This document shows, piece after piece, positions 38,218 to 50,844 of a DNA stretch of 64,000 bases; positions within the stretch are counted from its first letter, which is position 1; each line of letters starts with the position of its first letter. Both the position numbers and the translations under genes were made by a program. The DNA is from Octopus bimaculoides (Eukaryota), in assembly GCF_001194135.2 (NCBI RefSeq), contig NC_068981.1:22998977-23062976 (forward strand). Reading direction: 5' to 3'. A model generated the notes under the pieces. It did no database searches. It saw only the letters and a list, made by a program, of their open reading frames with translations, and had not been told where the DNA came from.

Positions 38218-39344
38218 TAGAATAAGATATTATTCATCAATTTGATACTACAAAAATCGAGTGCCAGGATAGTGGTCTCATGAAGCTTGTGAAAGGAATA
38301 ACTTAATTGTTGTCAAATTAAGGTACTAGGCAACTGATCACAAGGTCTTGGGTTGAAACCTCTACAAGCATAGCACAACCATTTAGGTATTCCTCTGAGC
38401 AAAGCATCTAAATTCTACTTGCTCTAGTTTAGCTGATTGACCAAAAACTAAATAAAAAAACAGACAAAAGAAATAGTGCCATTGTTGCTGTTTAGAGCAG
38501 TGAATTATATATACTGCAGTACCTATTTAGAGATAGATGGAACTTGGCCAAATAGCTAAGTACCTCTAAGGAGGTTGTCCTATACCCAAGTGACTCAACC
38601 ATCTACTTAAACATAGATTACATATCTCAAGATACCTTTTAACTAGAAGTTCTGTAGGGAGACATTATCCACCCAGGAATGTAAGCAATCTATACTATGA
38701 CAGTAATTAGATTTAGAAACAAGATCCTGTCAATAAAAATTGCCTTTCCTGATTATTTTGTGAATAGCAAAGTTTAAAGTTCATTTAATGTTACCAGGTG
38801 GTACACATCTACATAGGAAATATTTTACAGGAAAGATATTCAGTTTCTTAATGCCTAATGTAAATACAAGTAAATCTATAATACTTCCTATATCTACTGG
38901 ACAGATAGAGAAGAGCTAAGTTTAGTGAAAAACCGGACATAAATCCATGTATTTGTTTTTATAATATAGTGTACTGCAAGAAAACAGCAGGGAAAAGGCG
39001 GTGTGAATAATTTAATTGCAAGCAACAATAAATTGTTTAAATTTTAAGCTGTTTCACAATGAAATGACATACACATAGATATGAGTTGTACTTGTTTGGC
39101 AAGTGATATGAGATTAGTGTGTTGAAGCAGAAAAAATTGCATCATGGAAAGTTATAATGGACAATGAAAACAGATTCATACACCTTTATATTTACTTTTC
39201 TTTTATCCTGTGAAGAGGAAACAATGACAGTCTATACAATAACATATATGATTACCATGAGATATAATAAAAAAGGAAATATAATGCTGTGTGTATGTAG
39301 TTTAAAATATGCATTCATGATGCAACAGTTATATAATCACTATA

Positions 39345-39425
39345 CAGTAATTCCTCGACTACTGCGGGTGTTACGTTCCGAAACCCCTCATGATAGGTGA
39401 ACATCTACAAAGTAGAAACACTACT
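39345..39425 (+). mobile_element. Single end of a Tigger-like DNA element
   Basis: TA followed by cagtaattcctcgactactgcgggtgttacgttcc, typical of Tigger-like termini. The other end was not found. Confidence 0.4.
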
Positions 39426-39803
39426 GTACTGTATCATCATCACCATCATCATCATTTAACGTCCGCTTTCCATGCTTGCATGGGTTGGACGGTTTGACTG
39501 AGGACTGCTGCACCAGGACTGGTGAACCAGATGGCTACACCAGGCTCCAATCTGATCTGGCAGAGTTTCTACCCTCACCTGTTTCCCCATCACCAGACAC
39601 ATGGAAGATTGGAAACAAAAGACACCACTTGCATTAAAATGACACTTGTTTACAACTATCACATGATGTGAAAGCAAAACGACAGTAACTCACACACGCA
39701 TAAGTGTGTGAGTTAGTCTTCTTTTCAATTTCCTACTAAATCCACTCACAAGGCTTTGCCAGCCCGTGTCTTTAATAGAAGACACTTATCCAAAGTATCA
39801 CGC

Positions 39804-39837
<34 letters not shown>

Positions 39838-40048
39838 ACCCCTACACATTCAATAATACTATAAAAAGAGACAAATCCTCTCAAAAAAAATTAAATCTGG
39901 AGAATCTACTAGAATAGATGCAAGCACTAATTTATAAAAACATGTGACATATTAATAAAAATCTGTAAATGTACAACCATCCAGATCTCTGAGTACCTTA
40001 TTATTTTTTCTAATATATAATTCCTGTACATCACCTCTAAACCTTCTA

Positions 40049-40095
<47 letters not shown>

Positions 40096-41249
40096 CACAT
40101 ACTGGTTTCACTGATCGGACTGTAGCCAATGCTGTAGCTCTGTGCTCAGGTCCCTGCATTTTATCATAGCAGCAAAACTGAAGGGTCCTCACTATTTTAT
40201 ATGGTTATTTGCTCAAAGCAAGTGACCTGAGAGTATGACCAGAAGAGGGAGTGATGACAGAAGAGGAACCATGATGAGTGGAGGGAGCAAAAGTACGATG
40301 ATAGAAACAGAGTGCTTGAGGTGTCAAGCAGTGGTGGTGGGGACAAACACAATGACAAAGGATTTCTACATAGTGTCTATCTATCAAATTCATTCACAAG
40401 GCATTGGTCAGCCCTGGGTTATAGTAGAAGACACTTGCTTAAGGTACTGTGCAGTGGGACTGAACCTGAAACCACATGGCTGCAACACAAGCTTCTTAAC
40501 CACACAGCTGTGTCTGCGCCTACATCTGGAATGGTGTATATCCTTAGAGCATTAATATAAAGATTTTTATTAAATAAAGGTTACCAACTAGATACCTGGA
40601 GTTCGTCTAGTCTAGAATGTTGCTCAAGACACACCATTTCAGATATGAGAGCACCAGTGAAAGGAGAGCAAAATAGGTGCTTGTTGCTGTTTAACTCAGA
40701 TTAACCCTGAGTAGAACCTATAATCAAAAGCATTCCAACCATGACCAGTTTGTCCTCTTTTTTTGGCATTGCATGTCTCGGAATATATCATCCAGCATAT
40801 GTTTATATATGGTATAATGTAATTGTTGATGGTAAGGTGTAATTTAAGGGAGATGTGGCTGCTAATTCAAGCAGACTGAATAACCGTGTAGAAGTTTTAT
40901 GTCATACAAGGGTTATTCACAAACCATAAGGCTTTCTCTTAAATGGGAACTATAATAGAAGTGATACCAGTTCAGACATAAGGACAGTATACTGTAGCAT
41001 ATTAGTGGTATCTTTTTTTCTTTTCTATTTGTTTTTAATGAATGAAAAGCAAAGCTGACTTGAGTAGGACTCGAACTCAGAACCATAAGCCAATAACCAT
41101 GACCTACGCTTATATGATTACTAAGGTACAGCCTCAGTTTGGATTGGGGACTACTTGAAATAACTATGAGATAACATGATATAAAATAAGGTTTGGTCTA
41201 TTATCTACAGATGTTTAGAGAAAATGTCAAGGGTCTCTTGTAGCTGAAG

Positions 41250-41500
41250 TTTAATGATCAACATGCATATTTAGCAAATTTAACTATTCAACTTCCTAAC
41301 GGAATGTTTGAAGGAAAATTTATTCAATGATAAAGTGTTTAGAAAAGATCATTCATATTTAAGTATCATGGAACTGAAAACAAATGTTAGTAATATCTTT
41401 GACATGTGTTAAGGATGTATGAAGCCAGAATCCCACTTCAGAAATTGCATGGATATTATCAACAAACGAATGGAAACCATAGGAGGATCTTAACATAACA
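41250..41500 (+). mobile_element. Possible IS630-Tc1-mariner transposase C-terminal remnant
   Basis: Decayed peptide ...NDKVFRKDHSYLSIMELKTNVSNI...HFRNCMDIINKRME, loosely like LKDKVYRxxPxTIxELKxNI...NFxKRL. Confidence 0.35.
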
Positions 41501-42079
41501 ACTGCCAATGAAATTAACAAAGGAGATCTCAAGAAAATGAAGAGTTAGCAATTATATAAAATGAATAACGAAGGAGTAGGCAGTATAATAGAGCCTACTC
41601 TCTGCTTTAGATATGTAAAAGTAGAGAGAAGTCGGAAATCTTTTCTCTTTAATTACTTTCAGTTATGAGACAGCGGCCATGCTGGAGCACTTCCTTGAAG
41701 GGTTTTAGTTGAACAAATCAACCCTAGTATTTATTTGTTCAAGTTTGGTGCTTATTCTATCAGTCTCTTTTGCCAAACCATTAAGTTATAAGGACATAAA
41801 TCAGTACCAATTGTTGGAGACACATTACTCATGGGTTTCCGCACAATTTTCATCAATCAAATCCACTCATAAAGCACTGGTCAGCTCAGGGCTATTGTAG
41901 AAGACATTTGCCTTAAGTTCTATACTGTGGGACTGAACCCAAAACCACATGGTTGTAAAGTAAGCTTTTTAACCACACAGCCATGCTTGCAATTAATCAT
42001 AGCAGCTATATTGGAGTGTACCAGATGAAATGAATTTTAAAAGAAAAATTAAACATGTAAAAGGGATTAGACAAATAAA

Positions 42080-43115
42080 TTTCATGAAAATTTACTCCAA
42101 TATGTCTAACTGCTTATGCCAATGTGATGTTAAATTAGATATGCTTATTTAAAACAACTCCCCGCCTTTGCAATCAATGTTCTGTTCAACTTCTTCAATT
42201 ATAGTGTATTGATCCAAGGATATTTTATTATATATAAACAGTTTTTCAAATGTTTGAAAAAGTAATAATTCACAAAGAGATTTTAGGTGAATAAGACGAG
42301 TGCAGGAACATTTCATAATCTGGCTCTGTTAATTTTATAAAAGTGATTTGAAAAGTGTGTAGTCGAACATTGTCAAACAGTAGAATTGTTGTCTCTATTA
42401 GCCAGTCTTGGCTGTTTTGATTTCAGTTTTCCATTCACGTGGTCGATTTCATGGCAGTATGAGCTTGCAGCAATTGATTTCCTTTGTTGCAAAATAGGAA
42501 TATTGAACTAAACCTATTACAAACCATTATTCAGCCACTATAACCATTTTGGGATGTAACAGTGGCTTTGGAAAATGTTTTAGAGACTTGTCTGCATCTA
42601 ACAATTGTCTATTCCATTTTTCATCATAAGTAATGACAATGTCAGACAGGCTTCTTTTTTTTACAGTGAATTTTAACAGCATTAAACACACTTCTAGATG
42701 TCGCAATGTCTGATGTTCCATCAATTCATATGAAACCCATTTATCCAACTTCCTGTTTCTGGTTTCCAGACGTCGCAATATCTGGTGTTCCATCAATCCA
42801 TATGAAACCGATTTATCCAACTTCATGTTTTTGATGTCGAGCAAATGGCAGGAAACTAACAGAGGAAAATACAGCTAAGTCTGTTTTAAATTTACAAACC
42901 GGTTTGAGAGTTTCTTTCTACCAGCTTTCATAATTGGCTTCCATTTAAAACGAATTTTGATTTCCAGTCATGGCTTACTTTAAAGGTGGTCATTCTTTGA
43001 GTGAAATTTCTGAAACTATTTACTGTACCATTCATTGCTTAACATAGCTCATTCCAAACAGTTTCAGTTGCATTATATCATATAATTTGAACTCATAAAA
43101 AAGGAAAGCATGCTC
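42080..43115 (-). mobile_element. Highly decayed mariner transposase remnant
   Basis: Fragments LFYEFKL, KLDKWVSYEL (WVPHEL-like, duplicated), IVITYDEKW, LDADKSLKHFPKPLLHPK, FDNVRLH and HSSYSPKIS across shifting frames. TIRs not recognised; boundaries approximate. Confidence 0.8.
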
Positions 43116-43662
43116 CTTTAACAGTCACCATATTATTTGAAAGGCACAAAATCATTGCTTACAAGACAAACACCACCTGGAAAGTGAAGCTAGCCAAGTG
43201 TTTACAAATTTGGATTAACCCATTAACCACTTTCACTAACATCCATAATCATAACTTAGAAATGTTTTATATTGAAAAATGACATTCCATGTGGTACACC
43301 ACTAATAGTAATATTTTTAATACACTGTTTGTTTGTCCTGGGCTATAAATAAAACAATGTATGAACAGAGTTAAGTGGATGTACGTAAGCAAATATAATA
43401 CTGCAATCTTACAAGAGGTAATAACAGGAAATAAAATATTGCTTATGAACTGAATGTACCCAGAGATGAGATGTAATGTCTAAACACTCCAATTCATCAT
43501 AGTAGTTACTAGTCTACCAGTCTCCTAATGTTGTTGTTACAACGATGATAGTTTAGCAAACTCTCAATAAATTACTTTCAAAACATGATACAGTAATAGA
43601 TTTCTTTTTTAATTAAATAAAAATGTAATCTGAAGTCAGTTGAGACAGTTATCACCTCTTAC

Positions 43663-43689
43663 TTGCAATGCTGTTTATATATGAAGGCA
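43663..43689 (-). CDS. Candidate 27-nt CERK micro-exon, (x)PSYINSIA(T)
   Basis: Very long poly-T tract ending tttttcAG, then 27 nt, then GTaaga. Stop-free in phase 1-1, compatible with exon 30315-30581. No homology support. Confidence 0.35.
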
Positions 43690-43737
43690 CTGAAAAACAA
43701 AAACAAAAACAAAAAAAAAAAAAAAAANNNNNNNNNN

Positions 43738-43773
<36 letters not shown>

Positions 43774-44519
43774 ATAACCAACAACCTTTGTTTTTATCCC
43801 GCGAGGCCTAACTGCATTTAAAGCAAACTCTGAATGAGAATTAGCAGACTTCACTGCCAAGAATGTGGCACCAGTGAATCTAAATACCGAGTTTTCTATG
43901 ACATGGCAGTGCCAATCATAATAATAATTTCTAACTTTGGCAGGGGGCCACAAATTTTTGGAGAGCCTATCTATAGTCAGTTGATTCAACTTCAGTACAT
44001 TAATGATAATTCTTTGTTTTTTAACATTGGCACAAAACAATTTTTTTTTTTCTAGGATGGGATATATAGTTGCTTGTATATAGATGCTTGTGTTGACCTT
44101 GGTACTTGACAGGTACTTACTTCATCATTTCCATAAGGATGGCCTTGGTAGGATTCTAAAAACAATCAACCCACTGATATGACTGCACTGGTGTCTATAA
44201 CATGATGGCGACTACTTTAGGAATCATACAACAGTAATAGATCAAAAGACAGTAACATGACAGGGGAATTTTAAATTTCTATATAAGACAGCAATTAGCA
44301 GACAGATTGTGAAAGGAACAAGCAAAATGAAGTGATAAAAATATTATATAAAAAGCAGGTAGTTTCACTGGGTGTTTAAAAGTGCAAGGCACCCATATAT
44401 GATTAGAAGAGACAAGGAATCAATGAGATTTCTTAACAATGCTGAAGCAGAATGAAGTGTACTGAAAATAAAGAATAGTGAAACAGACTGAAAAGAAGCT
44501 GGATGGGACATTGTGTGTA

Positions 44520-44579
<60 letters not shown>

Positions 44580-45639
44580 TGCGGGTGACACGTAAAAGCA
44601 CCCACTACACTCTCTGAGTGGTTGGCGTTAGGAAGGGCATCCAGCCGTAGAAACTCTGCCAAATCAGATTGGAGCCTGGTGTAGCCATCTGGTTTCACCA
44701 GTCCTCCGTCAAATCGTCCAACCCATGCTAGCATGGAAAGCGGACGATGATGATGATGATGATGATGAATGTAGTATTACTAGTTGATATTTATAGAAGA
44801 TAAACACCCACCCACTACCAAAATGAAAATATCATTTCAGGAGGTTGTCACTGTTATTGGGAACTCCTTATCAATTGCATTGCTCAAGGAATGGAAGTTG
44901 CAGACTAAATGAACCTGATATCTTTAATGTAGTTGATTACAAGATCTACAATAACCGGATCTAATCTACAAAGTTTGGACACCAGATACACCAGCAGGTA
45001 GTTTGTTTGTTTGTTTGTTTTCCGAAAGGCAATCTTCAAGGCCTATCACTTACCTACCATATATTATTGTAACATTTATATATTATATTTTACATTTATC
45101 TTCTGCAAAAAAAAACATACTGGTTGGAAACATGTTTGCAAGAATACAAACTAATTCTATCTTGGGTTACACACTTTAGGTTAGCACTAACATTCTGACA
45201 ATTCTCTTTTCTCTTAGTGTTGTTTTCAAGGGAATTTTGACAGGCTTTCCTGATATGTTTTTATAGCTCAAAGTAACCGTTTCAAGTAATCCCACCGCAC
45301 AAACTAAAAATAATAAACAAACAACTCCACAAACCCCAAGAGCTTGTGTGGCTGACGTTTGCCTGGAGATTTGGAAGCATTAAATAGATTACAGATAAAT
45401 TCATCTAAGTACTTATACTAGCCTAAAACAGGTACACGGCTTTCCTAGGGAAAAAACCCTTAATGTTAAGCCCCAGTCTAGCTCATTTAAGCAGACTTAT
45501 GATTAAAAAGGCCTGCCAATAATAACCATAGTTTTTTTCTTTTTCTTTTTTGTCTAGAGATAACTTGGACTACATTAACTAATATGTCTTTATTTAAACT
45601 TTTGCCTCTCCTCTGTATAACATGTTGTACTTTCTGGCC

Positions 45640-47215
45640 CTCAGTTGGTTATGATGACAAGGGTTCCAGTTAATCTGATCAATAGAACAGCCTGTTCATG
45701 AAATTAACATGCAAGTAGGTGAGCATTCCGCAGACACACAAACCCTTAATACAGTTCTCAGAGAGATACAGAATGACATATCAGGCTGAGTAAAAAGTAA
45801 GCAACGTTTTGAAACATTGCGATATATTTCAACAATGTGGAAATTTTATTCATCAAAGTAAGTACCATTACAATCAACACATTTATGCTGAGTTACAAGT
45901 TTGTTTATTCCGGTAACATATAAAACTGGAGTTCTGGAGCTGATGAACTCTTTGAACGTACTTTCAGCATCAGTTCAATTTTTGAACTCCTCCTCTCGCA
46001 GGAAACCATCAAGGTACTTGAAAAAGTGGTAGTTGATAGGAGAAAGGTCTAGGGAATAAGCTGGGTGGGGAAGAAATTTGTAGCCAACTTCCCTCAACTT
46101 CTGCAGCATTATTAGTGAAATATGTGGTTGAGCATTCTCATAAAAAATGATTGGCCCTCTTCTGTTGACCTGTTTGGGACAGAGGAGTAGCAGTTTTTTG
46201 TTCATTTTGACAATTTTATAGCAATGTGTTTCTGCAGTAATGGGTTTTTTTTTTTTAGGTTTTAAGAAGTAAAAGTAGCTGAGTCCAACAGTACACAACC
46301 AAACAGTCACCATAACCTTTTTGAAGAGCTCGGGTTTACGGGAGGTTTGCAGTGCTTCATTTTAGTCCAACCACTGCAAAGAACATTTTTTGTTATTGTA
46401 CAGAATCCACTTTTCATCGCAAGTTACAATATTGTTGAGAAACGGATTGGTCTGGTTACAGAGAAGTGATGAGCAAATTTCGTATCTACACATTTTCTGA
46501 TTTTCATTCAAATCATGTGGTACCCATTTGAAGAACTTTTTTGATTTTCTGATCGCAGGCAGTTTTCTGGCTAATTTGAAGTTCTTTTGATAGTTCTCAA
46601 GTGGTTTTATGTGGATCTTTCTCAATGATGGTCTTTAATTGACCATCATCAATGACAGATGGATGTCCACTATGCTCATGATCTTCAAGGCTCAGGTCTC
46701 CACTGCAAAATCGTTTAAACCATTTACGAGCTGACCACTCGCTGGTCATTTCCTCACCAAAGTTTTGTTGATATCATAAGCAATCTTAGCTGCTTTACGT
46801 CTTTTTTTTGAAGTTGAATAGCAAAACTACTTGAATGTCACGCTTTGACAGTTTCATTTCAGATGGTGAAAACAATATCAATGTTAATTTGATGCATTTG
46901 GGCAAATCTATGTCTGTATAATCAGACAACTGCAAAAAACTGTTTAGAAAAATTCAAAACTCTACAAAAATCTAGTACAAATTCTTCATGGTTGAAAACA
47001 TTGCTTACTGTTTACTCAACCTGATAGAATGTGATAGGGCTGGCCCTTTGAATTACAGCCACAGCTCATTTTTGCCAGCAGAGTGGACTGGAGAAACATG
47101 AAATAAAGTGTCTTGTTCAAGGACACAACTCGTCGCCGGGAATTGAACTCATGACTTTACAATCATGAGCTGAATAATCTAACCACTATGCCACATGCCT
47201 TCACATGTGATACAT
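45640..47215 (-). mobile_element. SINE head E + tail 1, split by the mariner insertion
   Basis: Tail 1 at 45640-45780 (gggttccagttaatctgatc...gaatgaca) resumes at 47027 (gaatgtgatagggctggccctttg) and runs into an E-type head ending about 47215. Confidence 0.8.
45781..47024 (-). mobile_element. Near full-length defective mariner (Hsmar1/cecropia-like) transposon
   Basis: TIRs tcaggctgagtaaaaagtaagcaa (45781) and ttgcttactgtttactcaacctga (to 47024), flanked by TA at 45779-80 and 47025-26. Frameshifted transposase from ATG 46857 (MKLSKRDIQVVLLFNFKK) with KWVPHDL, IVTCDEKW, YENAQPH and HPAYSLDLSPINYHFF motifs. Confidence 0.93.
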
Positions 47216-47918
47216 AAAACATATTTCCCCCGGCATCTATGCACCGTATATGAGACACATTCCCAATTTTATTTAACCACCAGAATAACTTGAGACGTAT
47301 GAGAGGGAAGTTTTATATAACTCAGAATGTATGAAACAAGGGCTGACTAAAAGTTTGAAAACAAGCATAGATGTTTAGGACTAACTTATGAAAATGCTTT
47401 GGACAGGAAAGGAGTTAAGATAACAGGATGTGACGGGAAGGAGAGTTAGCTGCTATGTCCAATACCTTCTCCTGTAGAACATATTTGGTTTCTATTTTAC
47501 CTGCATAGTAATGACTCAGTCAAGGTAAAGCAGATACACAATGAAACCCAGTGGCTATGAATAAACAAGCTACGAGCCAATAGCATAACATCTAACGTAC
47601 TCAGTATATTCAGTCACTACATTTATTTTCCATCTACCAAATGTTTGTAGGTTACTTGTAATTATTGTCTTGGTTTTTCTGACATGCATCATTTCACTTC
47701 TGATGTGTGTGTGTGTGTGCGTGTGCGTGCGTGCGTGCGTGCGTGTGTGTAATAGATATATTTTCTCTTTGACACACAAAGAAAAAAAAGAAGTTTCTGA
47801 TAAATGAGAACAACAAAGAAATATGAAATGAGTGAGGTGTGACTTTTACAGAGATTAACAAAATGCAGGTGGTGCACTGCTTGTACTATTCAGTTCAATG
47901 GAAGTGTGAATATCTAAA

Positions 47919-47950
<32 letters not shown>

Positions 47951-48441
47951 TCACACATACACACAATGGACTCTGAACTGTTTTGATGATTTGCTGATGG
48001 TGTAGTAACTACACTAATTTTACTGACCTAATTACCACCAGAGATAGAAAGCTATCACCATCACACAGCTGTTTTTCCAATAGTATGTCTAGGATATCAA
48101 GTGAGTAGATACTGTTCAGGAGTCTACAACAGGTTCCAGAGGCAATAGAGGTATTGTGTGTGTAAGAAAGTTTCTATGAGACTTACAAGTGTTTGTGTGT
48201 CACATGTGCTTAAACATAGGAAATATACTTCTTTTTATAAACTCTATGGTTTTCAAGCCCTTTTGTATTCAACCTGCCTTTCATAAGGCATATCTAACTC
48301 ACTTTGACATGTTCATCATCATCATGGTCACGAACATATTGGACTAAATCGGTGTGGACTATAATCTGGGAAGACAAGCTAATTGTAAATGGCCAGAGAA
48401 AGTAACTGAATATTAGAACCTATACAGTAAGAAAAATAACT

Positions 48442-48583
48442 GCACAGGGCTGCAGACACACTCAACTGCACAAGGTCTCGGACACACAAGTGCACAGGGC
48501 CTCGGACACATAAGCGCACAGGACCTCGGATGCACAAGTGAACAGGGCCTCGGACGCACAGCTACACACAGGCTCTGACACAC
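48442..48583. repeat. GC-rich 24-bp minisatellite, about 6 units
   Basis: gcacagggcctcggacacacaagt-like units at 48468, 48492, 48516 and 48540, with degenerate edges. Confidence 0.9.
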
Positions 48584-48647
48584 TACATTAACTCCATTAC
48601 AATTTTAATTGAACATGACTGGCATACACTTTCTCTACCTCATTCAC

Positions 48648-48767
48648 AGGGAGAGAAAGAGAGAGCGAAAGAGAGAGAGATAGAGAGAGCGAGCGAGCGA
48701 GAGAGAGAGAGAGGGGGAGAGAGAGAGAGAGAGAGAGAGGGGGAGAGAGAAAGAAAGAGAGAGAGAA
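48648..48767. repeat. (GA)n polypurine tract
   Basis: About 120 bp of almost pure A/G. A similar tract lies at about 4755-4890. Confidence 0.95.
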
Positions 48768-49013
48768 ACATTAAAACATCTGATGCCAAATAGTCAGTAT
48801 CAAATCAGCAATGTCACATAGGGAATGCCAAAATGTCTTGTACCTTACTGGCATGTACCACATAGCCATAACAGTATGATACTAATACTATGATGGCAAA
48901 GATCATAGGTAGCTATCACTGCTCTGCTAGAGATGAGGATCATTATCTCATCACCATTATCATCAACGACAGGCAGACTTAAGGTATAATAATGCTAGTG
49001 ATGGTTAGCCAAG

Positions 49014-49332
49014 TGAAGGCGCGAGCTTACGATCACGAGGTTGTGAGTTTGAATCCCGGACCGGGCTGCATGTTGTGTTCTTGAGCAAGACACTTTATTT
49101 CACGTTGCTCCAGTTCACTCAGCTGTAGAAATGCATTGCGACGTCTCTAGAGCCAAGCTGTGCGGGCCTTTGCCTTTCCCTTGGATAACACTGGTGGCGT
49201 GGAAAGGGGAGACCGGTATGCATGGGCGACTGCTGGTCTTCCATAAACAACCTTGCTCGGACTTGTTCCCTGGAGGATAACTTTCTAGGTGCAATTCCAT
49301 GGTCAGTCATGACTGAAGGGAGATCTCAGCAA
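49014..49332 (+). mobile_element. 5'-truncated SINE, head E + a third tail
   Basis: B-box-like gagtttgaatccc and E core ttgtgttcttgagcaagacactttatttcacgttgctccag. 11-bp direct repeat ggttagccaag at 49003-49013 and 49333-49343. Confidence 0.75.
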
Positions 49333-50844
49333 GGTTAGCCAAGACCTGCTTAGTTACAACAGCCTTATAACATGCAAGATCTGCAGTCTAATTCTTAGTG
49401 GCAATATGATGAAAACGAAGAGGAATATGTTGATGGTAATCATAATGATGACAACAACAGGAGACTAAACAGAAGTCTGGCTTCTATTGCAACTCTATTG
49501 ACAAAGCAAGTCTCTGTTTCAGTCAATGAGAACGAGGTACACAAGAACTTGTTTATTTGAGTCAAGTCACCTTATGAACACAAAGAAAACACAACACTAT
49601 TATTTATGAGCATGTATAAAAGAGACAGAAAGAAAGAACTAGAAGAAGGTAGCTGTATATGTATGGAAACATATATAACAGCAATTTAGCAGCAACCAAA
49701 ATAAACATAAAGAGAAGAAAGGAACCGTGTTTACATTTTACAAGTTTGAAACGCGAAACAAGTGATTTTATTTAAAGATATCGCTGGCCTTATTTTTCTT
49801 TGCTTCTCTTTCATTTTTAATTATTATCATATTTTGTTTACTCATCATATACCACAACATCAGAAGCGTATCAAATAATGCTGTGTAATTTGATTGGATA
49901 AACAGATTTGTTTTGTTTTGTTTTGGTTTTGGTTTTGTATGCTGAGTTTTTCTCTTGCCGTACAATGATTTAGGTGATCCTCAAAGCTGTTTGTTTTTAC
50001 CAGTTTTTATGTAATAGAAAACTTCGTACAAAGAAGACAAAGCAAATGAATAAAGTTACTTCACAATGACACAAAGGCAACAAAGTAGTTTGATACAAGC
50101 CTTAGGCATATTTGGTGGCGGCGGTGGAGGTTGTGGCAGCGACAGTAGTGGGAGTAGAGATGATGGCAGTAGTAGTAGTGATGGTAGTAATAGTAGTGGT
50201 GGTGGTGGTGATTAGTGGTAGTAGTAACATCAGCTGTAAAGAACTACAGCACTTCGCATAATGCTATTCAACATGAAAGAGTTGAACGCTCTCCAAATTA
50301 AAAAAACTGTAGATCGCATGCATGTAAAATGGAAATATTGTCAATGAGCAAAATTCAGCTGAAAACAATACAGGCATTATCCACCCCAACCCCTCCCCTC
50401 TACTCCACTCCCGTGTTATGGAAGTGAAGTGTTCTTGAAAAGTCTTGTTGCAAAGTAAAACTTTATTTTCCCATTGACTTCAATGTTATATTATCCCTAC
50501 GAACTGCTATCACCATCATCGCCGTCACCACCATCAGCACCACCACATCATCACATTACAGTTTCTTTTATGTTAGAGTGATTAATCATTTCCAATACAT
50601 AAAACAAAATATTTCAAGACTGTCAACACATTTCTTCCATTCCAACAATTAAATTTATTTCTACTTTTCAAACACAGAGAGAAGTGAATTGTTGCAATAT
50701 TTCTGTTTTGTCCTCAATCCTATTATTATTATTATTGCTGTCAGTTACAGGTGGTGGTGTTGTTATGGTAACTGTTTTTTTTTTATTATTATTATAATTA
50801 ATATTTCCCAAGTTGATATTTTCTAACAATTTTCTTTATCCACT

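Noticed and set aside
47570-47715. ORF MMHVRKTKTIITSNLQTFGRWKINVVTEY as CERK exon 1
   Set aside because: The best donor (GTACGT) is phase 2, not phase 1, and similarity to PH strands is unconvincing.
48849-48906. MIFAIIVLVSYCYGYVVHA followed by GTAAGG, signal-peptide-like and phase-compatible
   Set aside because: CERK is not known to have a signal peptide, and hydrophobic peptides arise easily from AT-rich DNA.
50100-50230. Gly/Ser-rich reading frame on the plus strand
   Set aside because: A degenerate (GGT)n/(AGT)n triplet repeat with no start codon, splice context or homology.
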